The translations under genes and the position numbers were made by a program. From NCBI GenBank assembly GCA_051599415.1, contig AP039713.1, forward strand, positions 62,001 through 126,000: 64,000 nucleotides of DNA, in the 5' to 3' direction. Positions 21,810 through 32,375 of the stretch are shown piece after piece (the first letter of the stretch is position 1; each line of letters begins with the position of its first letter). Source of the stretch: Savitreella phatthalungensis. Lineage: Eukaryota. The notes beneath the pieces were generated by a model. That model saw nothing but the letters and a program-made list of their open reading frames with translations. It was not told the origin of the DNA and did not search any database.

Positions 21810-21974
21810 CAGAGATACTCTCTTCCCCCATCCACGTAGTCATTGACGAACCATTTTGTAGCGTAGCGTAGCGAGCATACCGAATCTGATCCCTAAGCCC
21901 AGTCTGATGTTGTCACGGCTCCACACCCTGTGCAGTACTGTATAAAGACATCTGCTCCCCATACTTTGGTCGTC

Positions 21975-22708
21975 ATGGTCTGGACGCCTCAATCAAACAC
22001 AGATGCGGCTGCAGGCAGCGTCGACCGGAACAAGGACCCGCTTTTGTCGATTCTGAAGGATATCGACACGGCGTCTCCCATCAGCTCGGTGGTCGAGCTC
22101 GCAAGCGGGTACGGCGACCATGCAGTCCACTTTGCAGCCGCACTTCCAAACACTTCCTTCGTCCTGACAGAAGCACAATCCTCACACCTCCCGACCCTTC
22201 AGCAGCATGTAGACAGCCAGCCCAATATCGTCGCCGCCCACGAGCTCAACGTCCTCAACCCCGACCACTGGAACTCCCTCCGAAACAACCTTCCCGTCAA
22301 ACAAGTCGATCTCATTCTGTGCATCAACATGATCCACCTATGTCCGTGGTCCGCTACCGAGACCCTGTTCGCCCAGGCCGCAGCACTCCAGCACGGCGGC
22401 TCCCAACCCGGTAAGGTAATGCTGTACGGTGCGTTCCTGCAACCCGGCGGCGGGTACAGCTCTCCGGGCGACGAGAAGTTCGATCTCGACATCAGATCAC
22501 GAGATCCCTCATTCGGTCTACGGTACGCTCTTCCCCCTTAACCAGAACACTCATGTAGAATCATTCGACTGACACACTCGATCACAGTGACCCAGCACGC
22601 GTCCACGAACTAGCAATCAACCACGGCTACACCGGAATCCTAGACAAGGATATGCCAGCAGGCAACAAGGCATTCGTCTGGCAGCGTTCTCCGACACATA
22701 GACTATAG
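21975..22708 (+). CDS. DUF938/METTL26-like SAM-dependent methyltransferase; exons 21975-22522 and 22588-22708
   Basis: RNKDPLL, VELASGYGDH, CINMIHLCPW and FDLDIRSRDPSFGLR|DP..DMPAGNKAFVW across a GTACGC..CTGAC..CAG intron. TATAAAG at 21941. Confidence 0.85.
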
Positions 22709-22932
22709 GTCATGGATTTCATGTGATGTACATGGAGTGACGACTTGGATGACTCGAGATCTACTTCCCGTGCGAGGTACAGAATTACCCAATTAGGCAA
22801 GTGTCACAATCCATCCACTTCACACAAATAATATACTGCCGTGCGTGAAGGAGTCCACACAGGCACGAAGGCATCGTTTAGCTCATCAGCTTCAGACGAA
22901 GTAGCCACGTCGCAAGTAGGCCTTCACCTCGG

Positions 22933-24435
22933 ATGGAGGTTGTCATCACGGCAGGTGGGCCATCGGAAGATGCTAGCGACGGGCCGGGATTCATCTCGGT
23001 CTACCATCTCGCGACCGAGCAACACATCCAGACGTTCAAATCGACGACGTGCTCGCGCTCAGCACTAGCACTCCTCCCGCCGCTGTCCCGGACCCAGTCC
23101 CTGCATGCAGGAGGCGAAGGATCACTCGTCCTCGCAGCCCAAGCGGGCAAACCACTCCTGCACGTCTACAGGTGGGGCAAGGAAGCGGTAGAAGCTCGAC
23201 ACGTTCTGCCAGAAGACCTCCTCTGCATCGCCCTCTCACCAGACGGCGTCCACCTCGCAGCCGGCACACCCTCAGGCAAGCTGTACGTGTGGGGCGTGCG
23301 GTCCGGTGCGCTGCTGGTAGTGAGCGCCGCCCACTACGGTCCGGTTCGGACGGTTGCGTGGTCCAGTGACGGGCAGGTGTTGGCGAGCGGGAGCGACGAC
23401 ACGACTTGCAAAGTGTGGCGGGTGAGTGGGCTGTTCGGGGACGAGGACACGGCAGCAGGAGTCCCAGCCAAACCCACCTACGACCTCAACCACCACACCC
23501 ACCCGCTCACCCAAATCGCCATCGGTCATGGCCCATCCCAATCAGCCAGACTCTACACCGCCAGCACAGACGGCACAATCAGGATCTATAACCTCGCCAC
23601 AGGAGAACCACTCACAACCTTATCACTACCAGCAGGTCAACCCGTCACAGCCATCCTCGTCGACAGTCTAGAACGATCTCTCTACGCAGCCACGTCCAAC
23701 GGCCATATCTATTCAGTCCCGTTCTTCACAGGCGACGACCGAGGCCTGATGACGGCAATCGGCGGTCGCGGGGAGATTGTTGGGGTGGGTGGGATAGGCG
23801 AAGCCGTTGATGACACAGCTGACGATCTTGTCCTTCGTGGTCACACAGCCGCCGTGACAGCCCTCGCGGCCTCTCTGGATGGCAGCAGGCTGGTGTCCGG
23901 CGACGCGACTGGCGCCATCTTTGTCTGGGACGCGGCAAGCAGGCAAGTCATCCGGAAACTCAAATCGCAAAGCGGTCCAGTCTCGTCCATCATCGTCACC
24001 CTCTTCTCCAACCCGACCACAACCACAGGTCAGGGGAAATCTTCAGGGGATACGCAGTCCTACCTGCCCCAACTCAAGCGCACCTTGTTCCGACCAGCCA
24101 ACGACCTCATCTCCGTCCAAGCGAGTCTCCAGGACGACGACGACCTCGAGGTCGATTTCGACGACGGCTGTATCACCGATCGCCACCCACCATCGCGAGC
24201 AATCGCAGCCCAAGCAGAGCTAGACGACTGGAACGCGCCTGTGCAAGCACCCGTCAATCGAGCCAAAGCGGGCGGTGCCGATAAGAATGAATCAGCAGGC
24301 GCAGAAGATACGGCGGGAGAAGATGTAGCAGCAGCGGCAGCAGCAGCAAAGCTTGCAGATGCCCAAGCGCAGCTTGCAGCACTCCAGCAAAAGTATGATG
24401 CGCTCGAGCGCGAGTACGTGAGCAGCAAATTCTAA
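22933..24435 (+). CDS. IPI3: Rix1-complex WD40 subunit Ipi3/Crb3 (WDR18)
   Basis: WD40 repeats (GTPSGKLYVWGVRSGALL..AHYGPV..SGSDD; GHTAAVT..DGSRLVSGD) and a C-terminal coiled coil. Confidence 0.85.
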   Translation: MEVVITAGGPSEDASDGPGFISVYHLATEQHIQTFKSTTCSRSALALLPPLSRTQSLHAGGEGSLVLAAQAGKPLLHVYRWGKEAVEARHVLPEDLLCIALSPDGVHLAAGTPSGKLYVWGVRSGALLVVSAAHYGPVRTVAWSSDGQVLASGSDDTTCKVWRVSGLFGDEDTAAGVPAKPTYDLNHHTHPLTQIAIGHGPSQSARLYTASTDGTIRIYNLATGEPLTTLSLPAGQPVTAILVDSLERSLYAATSNGHIYSVPFFTGDDRGLMTAIGGRGEIVGVGGIGEAVDDTADDLVLRGHTAAVTALAASLDGSRLVSGDATGAIFVWDAASRQVIRKLKSQSGPVSSIIVTLFSNPTTTTGQGKSSGDTQSYLPQLKRTLFRPANDLISVQASLQDDDDLEVDFDDGCITDRHPPSRAIAAQAELDDWNAPVQAPVNRAKAGGADKNESAGAEDTAGEDVAAAAAAAKLADAQAQLAALQQKYDALEREYVSSKF

Positions 24436-24491
24436 CACCGGTCCATCTTCCAGCAGGATAGTCACCGCCAATGTAATGTACAATCCCCGTT

Positions 24492-24803
24492 TCATCCGCC
24501 GCTAACTGGCGGAATCAGTGCGACCTCATCACCTTCCCTGAACGTCCTCTTCCCATCCTCGTCGTCGTCCACGTAAATCATGTTGATAGCACAAGCGCAG
24601 CTATCGAGCACCGCTCCCGCACGTCGATCCTCCCTAAGCACCAAGTGCCGAGCTCTCAAGAACTCAAGCAGACCAGACACAGTTAGCGTACACGGTACAT
24701 CAACATCCTCAACATCCCTAGCCATCAACTCTCGAAGCAGAGCGTAGTACTGCACACGGATCTTCACAGTCGGCGTCAACTCTGTCTCTGTAGCAAAGGG
24801 CAT
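24492..24803 (-). CDS. MOCS2A: Molybdopterin synthase sulfur-carrier subunit (MoaD/MOCS2A/CnxG)
   Basis: VQYYALLRE, CAINMIYV and the C-terminal GDEVALIPPVSGG. ATG (MPFATE) at 24803. Confidence 0.88.
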   Translation of the reverse strand: MPFATETELTPTVKIRVQYYALLRELMARDVEDVDVPCTLTVSGLLEFLRARHLVLREDRRAGAVLDSCACAINMIYVDDDEDGKRTFREGDEVALIPPVSGG

Positions 24804-25149
24804 CCTTCCCACTCCCCTCTCGATAGCACTAGGCTACTCCTGATAGACTCTAAGCTAGTCTGACAGCGGGTATCGAAGAAGAAGATGTCGTTGGTCGATA
24901 TTGGTGGGTGTGTCATATGCATGTGTAAATTCTCCGCTCGATTCCAGAAACGGATTCCAACGGCTTTTCTGACACCTTCCACAAGAACATCCACCCGCCT
25001 TCATCCAACATCCTCATCCTCTTCTACTACTGCCACTACTCTTCCTCATCATCATCCTCATCAGCAGCAGTAGCAGTAGCAGGAGCGTTAGTGAGAGTCA
25101 CCCTTCAGGTCATCGTCTGCGCTTGCCTTCTCTTTCCTCTCGAAGACAA

Positions 25150-26196
25150 ATGCGCTTGAGGTCTTTGCTAATCACCAACCTCGTTCTCCTAGGCTGCGCT
25201 CAAGCCTTAGTCCCATCTACACTTCCTCCAGCCCAACGAAATAGCGATCGAGATGGTGACGGCGTACCAGACGAGGAACTAGAGCCATGTACTGCCAGAC
25301 ATCCAGTCACAAAAGAATTCTATGACCTCCGAGGTCTTATACGCTCACCAGACGAAACTAAAGCTCTTGACTGGCATGCCAACGGTCACGACTACGGCTC
25401 AAATTTCACCTTGAACGTCTGTGCGCCGCTGATAGATTTATCCTCACAGCTACCAAAGGCAGTCAACACCTCAGCCATGTACTTTGATGAGGAAGAGAAG
25501 GCCTTTTCAATCGGTCAAACCTCAACAACGCCAAAGTTCAGAGGAAAGAAGCTGATCCTGGAGTACCTTGACGGATCAGCATGTCCGGGCAAGACATCCT
25601 ACCGCAAGTCGTCCCTAATCATGTTCACCTGTGATGCAAGTATGATTGGAACTGCCAGTGTCAGCTTCATCGGTAGTCTTGAAGACTGTGCGTACTTCTT
25701 CGAGTACAGGACTTCAAGAGCATGCGCAACGACCAAAGACATTGAGTCTGCCATCTCCCCAGGCTACGTCTTCCTCATCATCCTCCTCGTCGCCCTCGGC
25801 GTCTACTTTGTCGGTGGCTGCATGTACTCGAGAGCAGTGCTAAACCAGCGGGGCTGGAAGCAGGTCCCTCACCACGAGACAATTCGTTCGGTCATAGGCT
25901 TTGTCGTTGACTTTGCCCTCATCATCGGCGTCACGATTTGGGACAAGGTTCAACCGTTGCTAGCCAGACTCGGGCTTGCACGCCGCAAGGATCTCTACAA
26001 CTACAGCTCAGCCGACGCCTCAGGTGCAAACCCTTCACTCTACAGCCACGGTCAAGGCGGTGCAGGCTCTCAGATCTACGGCGCCTACCGCGATCGAGAC
26101 CTCAACACCACCACGACCGCCCATGGAGCAGCACACGATCTAGAAGCAGATCCAGATAACCAGCTCATCGACGATCTAGAGAACGATCGCTGGTAA
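25150..26196 (+). CDS. MRL1: Mannose-6-phosphate-receptor-like protein (Mrl1/Atg27 type)
   Basis: Signal peptide, MRH domain (FYDL, NFTLNVC, LEYLDGSAC, CAYFFEYRT..AC), TM helix, then YSRAVLNQRGWKQVPH. Confidence 0.85.
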   Translation: MRLRSLLITNLVLLGCAQALVPSTLPPAQRNSDRDGDGVPDEELEPCTARHPVTKEFYDLRGLIRSPDETKALDWHANGHDYGSNFTLNVCAPLIDLSSQLPKAVNTSAMYFDEEEKAFSIGQTSTTPKFRGKKLILEYLDGSACPGKTSYRKSSLIMFTCDASMIGTASVSFIGSLEDCAYFFEYRTSRACATTKDIESAISPGYVFLIILLVALGVYFVGGCMYSRAVLNQRGWKQVPHHETIRSVIGFVVDFALIIGVTIWDKVQPLLARLGLARRKDLYNYSSADASGANPSLYSHGQGGAGSQIYGAYRDRDLNTTTTAHGAAHDLEADPDNQLIDDLENDRW

Positions 26197-26228
26197 AGGG
26201 AAAGAACTTCATCAGATTCCCATCCTTT

Positions 26229-26230
<2 letters not shown>

Positions 26231-26263
<33 letters not shown>
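26231..26263. repeat. (CAT)11 microsatellite
   Basis: Read directly from the sequence. Confidence 0.95.
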
Positions 26264-26600
26264 TATCATACGGTCTTCCTGTATCAATAGCATCCTTATC
26301 CATACCCATAGATACGCTTCACCCCATTCAATACCCTTCAGCACTCCCAAGAACCTGATGAAGCCTGTGACTGTGATTCTGACTGTGACTGTGACTGTGT
26401 GTATGTACAATGGATATCCTCATACAGTAGACAGAGTGACGTATCCGCATTATATTACAGACGCGTCTTTCCTCCAGACACATAACACACTACACACTCT
26501 TGAACCGTACACGTACCGTCGAGACATCTTCAGAGGCCGGGCAAAGCAAGCAGAGGAGAAGTGAGACCCACTCATATACACTCTTTGACGTATCTGGACG

Positions 26601-28091
26601 ATGACCGCTGAGTTGGGCTCATCAACGTCCTCGACGCCAGCTAGATCCTCCTCCCCAATCATGACCTCCGCATCCACCCGTCTACCTCGCGTCCTCTTCC
26701 TCCATGGGTACACGCAGTCTGGAAACACGCTCAGGCACAAAACAGGCGCGCTCAGAAAAGCGCTGAGCAAACACGTCGAGCTCGTCTACCCAACAGCACC
26801 CATCTCGCTCGAGCCTCCGGACAGCGGTGACGTAAGTGAGCGAGCGAGACTTGACCAGCTCGGTAATGAGGCTTCCGAGGGCAGCTTTGCCTGGTGGCGA
26901 GCTGATGAAGAGAAGCAGGAATTTACAGGGATCGACAAGACCATGTCGTTGCTGAAGGACGTGCTGGAGAAGCAAGGTCCATTCGACGGAGCGATGGGGT
27001 TCAGCCAAGGCGGTGGCCTCGTCGGTATGCTTGCTCCACTTCTCGAGAAGCAGGGCAACCCACTGCTCGACACCACCCACCCGCCGCTCAAGTTTGCCGT
27101 CGTCTTCTCCGGCTTCAGGGCAAGATTCCCAAAGTACAACTGGATCTACGAACCACCTTCCACCACACCGACCCTCCACGTCATCGGTCGAAACGATCCC
27201 ATCGTCACACCAGACCGCTCACGCACTCTCGTCGACGTCAACACACAGCCGCAGATCCTCGAGCATCCAGGCTCTCATTTCGTCCCTTCAGGCGCACCTC
27301 AGCGGAACGCCGTGGTTGACTTCGTCGTTGCGCACACCCGGCCACGGCGTCCGCTGACGTGTATTGTGGCTGCGACGTCGTCGACGCTCGGAATCGGAAA
27401 GAACGGTGGTCTGCCGTGGCGATTGCGGAAGGAGATGGCGTACTTTGCGCAGGTCACTGAGGCCGTGGCGAGTGGTCGGGCTGAGGGCGAGAGTCCTCGG
27501 CAGAACGTGGTCATCATGGGGCGCAAATCATGGGAATCCATCCCTCCCAAATTCAGACCCCTCAAAAACCGGATCAACGTCGTCGTCTCCAGGGATCCAA
27601 ACTTCACCCTCGATCCATCAGACCCATCTATCCGCCAGGCCAGATGCCTGACCGCAACCTCGATCGACGACGCACTCGCCAAGGTCGAGCGTGAGTACGG
27701 TGCAGACGATCTGGTCGGTGAAGTCTACATCATCGGTGGCGGTCAACTCTACAGCGCTGCCCTCGATCACACTGACTGCCACCGCCTCCTCCTCACCGCC
27801 ATCGACCACGACTACGACTGCGATACCACCTTCCCCATCGACCCGCGCACGCACACCGACTGGCACAGGCAGCCGTACTCACAGACCATCACAGCACTCA
27901 CAGGACTGCCAGCAGACCAGATCCAGGAGGAAAATCAGGTGGAAAAGGACGTCAAGTGGGAGTACCAAGTCTACGAGCGTCGACTGCCACCGTCAGAGTC
28001 TGCATTTGCAGCAGCAGCAGGAGTCAAGACTACAGATGAAGAAGATAAGCTTCACGGCAGTATCCATGACAACTCGGAGCACAAGCTGTAG
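26601..28091 (+). CDS. DFR1: FSH1 serine hydrolase-dihydrofolate reductase fusion
   Basis: LFLHGYTQ, GFSQG, HVIG..D and HPGSHFVP, followed in frame by DHFR motifs GIGKNGGLPW, VIMGRKSWESIP..RPLKNR and IIGGGQLY. Confidence 0.93.
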   Translation: MTAELGSSTSSTPARSSSPIMTSASTRLPRVLFLHGYTQSGNTLRHKTGALRKALSKHVELVYPTAPISLEPPDSGDVSERARLDQLGNEASEGSFAWWRADEEKQEFTGIDKTMSLLKDVLEKQGPFDGAMGFSQGGGLVGMLAPLLEKQGNPLLDTTHPPLKFAVVFSGFRARFPKYNWIYEPPSTTPTLHVIGRNDPIVTPDRSRTLVDVNTQPQILEHPGSHFVPSGAPQRNAVVDFVVAHTRPRRPLTCIVAATSSTLGIGKNGGLPWRLRKEMAYFAQVTEAVASGRAEGESPRQNVVIMGRKSWESIPPKFRPLKNRINVVVSRDPNFTLDPSDPSIRQARCLTATSIDDALAKVEREYGADDLVGEVYIIGGGQLYSAALDHTDCHRLLLTAIDHDYDCDTTFPIDPRTHTDWHRQPYSQTITALTGLPADQIQEENQVEKDVKWEYQVYERRLPPSESAFAAAAGVKTTDEEDKLHGSIHDNSEHKL

Positions 28092-28427
28092 TACTGTAAC
28101 CTTGTAGCGGACTTAGTGTAGATCGATGGATAGGTAAGTAGGCATCCATATTTGTGCATTCTGTGTTAATGCACGTGATTATTCAGGTATACAGAGGAGA
28201 GCTCCGCCCACGTTCAACAAACAAACAAACTAAACACCCGAACGACCTAGTACAAAACTACTCGCCACCAACGTTACTCAAGGGATATACACTCCTATCC
28301 CTTCATGTCAGTCCCTCTCTCTTTGAACCCTCAGTCTCTGTGCCTGTTTACGCTTTAGACTATAACGTCGTAGTCCATAAGCCAGCTTACATCCCTTGAA
28401 GCTCTTATTCCTCCAAGCTTCTTCCTC

Positions 28428-30323
28428 ATGAGTCAACAACATCTTACGCATCACCATCATCCATCGTCACAAGGCACCGGGCATGAGTCTCTCAACCCTC
28501 TACAGACGTCTGATACAGACTCAGAGTCAGATGCGGAGACAATCCTTGGAACCCAAGATGAAGCATTTGAGCAGTACGCTATGCTCGAACCAGCCAGAGA
28601 ATCCACTGATCCAGTCAACACTAACCTCACACCGTCTGCATCCTACCCACCCTATACAGACGGGACAGCTCAGTCAGTCACTCAAAAAGTCCGTCCTCGA
28701 CGGATTCTTCCACTTGAGCTGAATCAAGGACCCCAAGATCCACCAGCACTCTCATCCGAGCTACGCCATGCCTTCTCCTGTACGCAGTGCGGGCAGCGCT
28801 TCACCCGTCACGAGAACCTTAAGCGTCACATGCGCGGTCACGCAGATCCTACCCCACAGATGTGCAGCCTGTGCAACGTCGCTTGCAGGCGGCCTGACCT
28901 GCTACGCCGCCACGTCAAGCGATTTCACATCCTCGACTACCCGCGTCTCTATCCTGCCACCCCCAGCGGACATGCATCCGCGCGCACCCGCTCAGACCAC
29001 TCCTCCCCCGAACCCTTCGCCAAGCGCCTCAAGCCCAATACGCAAGACTTCACGCAACCGAGTATCTCAGCCAGCAGTAACAACGACAACAACTTCGAGA
29101 GAATCACCACACCGGAATTACTCACAGGTATAGATCTCTACTTCCAACACTTCCACCATCTATTCCCGATCCTCAATGAATCCGCCGCCGACCTTCGCCT
29201 GGGCGTTGCAGACACTTTTCTCTCAGGCCCGGTGGCGTGTCTCGGAATGCTGTACAGCCAGGACCTGCGCGTTCAGGCGCGGTCGACCTCGTTCTGGTGG
29301 GAGTTGATTGGGATCCTGCGATCGACCGACGATGGAGAAGACGATGCTGAACTCGAGGGGTCTAGTGTTCAGGACGTCCAGTATGCGCAGTCGTGGCTGC
29401 TACTCATCTACCACGGTCTCTTCCACGGCAACCCCAAAGCACACACCCTCGCCAGACAATCCCACCACGACCGCGTTGCCAAATTACGTAACGTCCGACC
29501 CCAGACCGAAGCAGCGGCCAACATCCTCATTGCAACCTACCTCCTCGACCTCCAGCTATCAGCAGTCTTCCAACTCCTGCCCCTGCTCACGCCGCATGAC
29601 ATGCATCACCCTCTCCGAAGCAGCGATGCCGGCGGCGACTCATCTCACAATTGGACGTCTTTTAAGGATGTGCTTGCGGCGTTGCTGCAGCGAGGACAAC
29701 TGCCGGCGCATCTCGACACCCTGACGATGCTCACACTCGCCTACGCAATTCTGCATCAGATCAGGACGACGCAGCAGGACGAAGACCTTATATTCGAAAA
29801 CAGCAGCCCCTTCGCATCGTCGCCACAGCGGCAAGCCATTTTCTCGAGAGCGTTGACACTCCTACTGGACGTTGCGACTGCATCAGCAGCATCTCCACCT
29901 TCAGCAAATGCCAGCAACACGATCAAGACTCCACTGTTCCTCGGCCAGCTATTCCTGGTGATGCGTGATCCATTTGCTTTGGACGGATCAGTGGCGACCT
30001 CGTTCGAAACTGTCATTTCTTCGACGCTCGCTGCCGCTTCTAATTTGCACAATGTCACTGAGCCCGAACACGACGAAAGCTTGACCACGGCCATTGCCCA
30101 TTTCACCAGCGACTTCTTCCATCATCTACACGGCGACCCAGCGGCCATAGTCCTCGGGCTTCGTGGAGCGCTGATCGCATCACGAGCGCTCTCAAACACC
30201 AGCAGCTCCAGCATCTCACCTATACATCACATCGAGCAATTCGTACGAAGCTCTGACCGCGATCCCTGGCAGCTCGCAACATACCTGGCAAAGTACACTG
30301 GAGACACGCGCATGAGTACGTGA
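28428..30323 (+). CDS. C2H2 zinc-finger transcription factor with fungal-specific TF domain
   Basis: CTQC..FTRHENLKRHMRGH, CSLC..RPDLLRRHVKRFH and LYFQHFHHLFPIL. Confidence 0.85.
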   Translation: MSQQHLTHHHHPSSQGTGHESLNPLQTSDTDSESDAETILGTQDEAFEQYAMLEPARESTDPVNTNLTPSASYPPYTDGTAQSVTQKVRPRRILPLELNQGPQDPPALSSELRHAFSCTQCGQRFTRHENLKRHMRGHADPTPQMCSLCNVACRRPDLLRRHVKRFHILDYPRLYPATPSGHASARTRSDHSSPEPFAKRLKPNTQDFTQPSISASSNNDNNFERITTPELLTGIDLYFQHFHHLFPILNESAADLRLGVADTFLSGPVACLGMLYSQDLRVQARSTSFWWELIGILRSTDDGEDDAELEGSSVQDVQYAQSWLLLIYHGLFHGNPKAHTLARQSHHDRVAKLRNVRPQTEAAANILIATYLLDLQLSAVFQLLPLLTPHDMHHPLRSSDAGGDSSHNWTSFKDVLAALLQRGQLPAHLDTLTMLTLAYAILHQIRTTQQDEDLIFENSSPFASSPQRQAIFSRALTLLLDVATASAASPPSANASNTIKTPLFLGQLFLVMRDPFALDGSVATSFETVISSTLAAASNLHNVTEPEHDESLTTAIAHFTSDFFHHLHGDPAAIVLGLRGALIASRALSNTSSSSISPIHHIEQFVRSSDRDPWQLATYLAKYTGDTRMST

Positions 30324-30403
30324 TACAACGGAAGGTCATGATGTTGATAGTGATGGTACAATTACAGCATAGCAAGCGGTAGTGTGTAGGGTTCAGAAGA
30401 ATC

Positions 30404-31111
30404 CTACATGATGGTGCACCGTTTACCGGACGAGGAACCTGCAATGCGTCCTGCGCCTGCGGATGCGCCGCCGACACCACCACCAGCGGAAGAAGTCGCC
30501 CCGCCTGCGGGTCTAGCCATCAGAGCTGTCCTTGCCGCCTCTGTAAATGCCTCTGTGACGCCGCGATTGTGCTTGGCGCTGCACTCGAGGTACCTGACTG
30601 CCTTGATCCGCTTCGCTACCGCCAATCCTTCCTCATACGAGATGATCCTGCGAGCTCCCGCCCCGCTTCCAACCCCAGAACCCCCACCTGGCGACACAGG
30701 CGACAGCGCCTCCTGCTCCCTCAGATCACACTTGAGTGCGACCAAGACCAACTTGACGCCGTCGCAGTGCTCAGCGATCTCGCCAACCCACTTTGTCTGG
30801 ACGTTCTCCAACGAGTCTGGCGAATCCACAGAGAAACAGCACATGATGACGTGCGTGTCGCTGTAGCTCAGACTCCGGAGTCTGTCAAACTCCTCCTGAC
30901 CAGCAGTGTCCCACAAAGACAGCTCCACAGCCTGCCCGTCGATGAAGATGTCGTGGATGTAGTTCTCAAACACCGTCGGCTCGTAAACAGCAGGAAAGAA
31001 CCCGCGCGTAAACACATTCAGCAAACTCGTCTTGCCAGCAGCACCATCTCCCAAGATCACAATCTTCCGGTACACGCTCGTGTTGGCCTTGCTCGATCCA
31101 AAGCAGCCCAT
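30404..31111 (-). CDS. RHO3: Rho3 GTPase (intronless)
   Basis: MGCFG N-terminus, GDGAAGKTSLLNVFTRGFFP, YEPTVFENY, ALKCDLR and CAAX box CTIM. Confidence 0.95.
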   Translation of the reverse strand: MGCFGSSKANTSVYRKIVILGDGAAGKTSLLNVFTRGFFPAVYEPTVFENYIHDIFIDGQAVELSLWDTAGQEEFDRLRSLSYSDTHVIMCCFSVDSPDSLENVQTKWVGEIAEHCDGVKLVLVALKCDLREQEALSPVSPGGGSGVGSGAGARRIISYEEGLAVAKRIKAVRYLECSAKHNRGVTEAFTEAARTALMARPAGGATSSAGGGVGGASAGAGRIAGSSSGKRCTIM

Positions 31112-31518
31112 CTCGCTAGCGCTCTCCTTGTCACAATCTCACTTACTTACTCGCTCACCTTCACTGTTTGAGGCCCGCGAGAAGTACACGATGTTGATGC
31201 GTTTGGGACCTTCGTCCTTCGTTCGACCGTCCGTCCGTTCAGTCTCTCTTTACAAAGCGCCAAGGTCTTCTGGAAGACAGGTCACACTTGAGTTGGTTCC
31301 TTAGCTCTGTCGATGGATGTCTTGCTTGACTTCTGAAAGCCCAAAGCAGCCTCAAGTGCGATCGACTCGCACAGACAATCAAAACAAGTTCTGAATGCAC
31401 AAAAATAACAACAAACAAAACACACAAAAAGAAAAGAGGAACTCCCAACTCACACAAAAGCCTCTCGCACACACACCCACACTCCCCTAGTCGCTCGTCT
31501 AGCCTGTCATGTCATGGG

Positions 31519-32292
31519 ATGACCTCTCGCCTTGTAGAATACGCTAGCAGCTCTTCATCCTCCTCCTCATCCTCAGAGTCAGTCACAGATGCTCCCTCGT
31601 CTGGGGGACTCCCTCGTGCTCTTCGGGACCTGTACACTGTAGAACCCGGCCGACCGCCTGATCCTGGTTTCCACAACGGTCGGGTACGGTCTGTTGAAGG
31701 TGTGCGTGGTCTGTGGCCTACACACTTATCGATCGAGGTGCTCGAGTATATTCAGGTGGATGTGGGCGGGGGATGGCACCCGCTCACTCAGGACGACTTC
31801 GGTCTAGGCACCCGACCACTCCACATCTCACTCACCACCACACCACTCATGGTACCCACCCATCTCACCACACCACTCGCACACGCACTCGCAGCGGCCG
31901 TCGCCATGCACACACAGTTCCAAATCAAGGTGCCCGGCGACGTGGTTGGGTTGGAGAACGATGAGAGGACAAGGACGTTTCTAGCGGTGGTGGTCGATGG
32001 AGGGAAGGGGTTGGAGGAGTTGCAAAGGGATGTGTCTAGGGTGGTTGAAGGCGTTGTTGGTGGTGCGGTGTTTGGGAGCGCTCACATACACCACATCTCG
32101 ATCGGTTGGCGGGCCGGTGGCACGGCTTGGGATGAAGAGGAAGGGACGACGTTTGTGGTAACACCGAAAGATCGTCGAGCGTTGTCGAAGATCAAGATCG
32201 ACGTAGCTGAAGTCGTCCTGAAGATCGGCAATCGCATCACTCGACTACCCCTTCGTGGCACGCTTGATCCAGTTCACAGGACATTAGATTAG
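31519..32292 (+). CDS. USB1: U6 snRNA 2H phosphodiesterase Usb1/Mpn1
   Basis: HNGRVRS..GLWPTH, two HxS motifs (PLHISL, HISIGW), NDERTRTFL and LKIGN. Confidence 0.85.
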   Translation: MTSRLVEYASSSSSSSSSSESVTDAPSSGGLPRALRDLYTVEPGRPPDPGFHNGRVRSVEGVRGLWPTHLSIEVLEYIQVDVGGGWHPLTQDDFGLGTRPLHISLTTTPLMVPTHLTTPLAHALAAAVAMHTQFQIKVPGDVVGLENDERTRTFLAVVVDGGKGLEELQRDVSRVVEGVVGGAVFGSAHIHHISIGWRAGGTAWDEEEGTTFVVTPKDRRALSKIKIDVAEVVLKIGNRITRLPLRGTLDPVHRTLD

Positions 32293-32375
32293 TATGTTCA
32301 TAAGTTCGGGACTAATATTCGCAATCTGTCGACTGCCTACTGAGTCCCACTTCCCGGTGACCAACCACGGTGACC

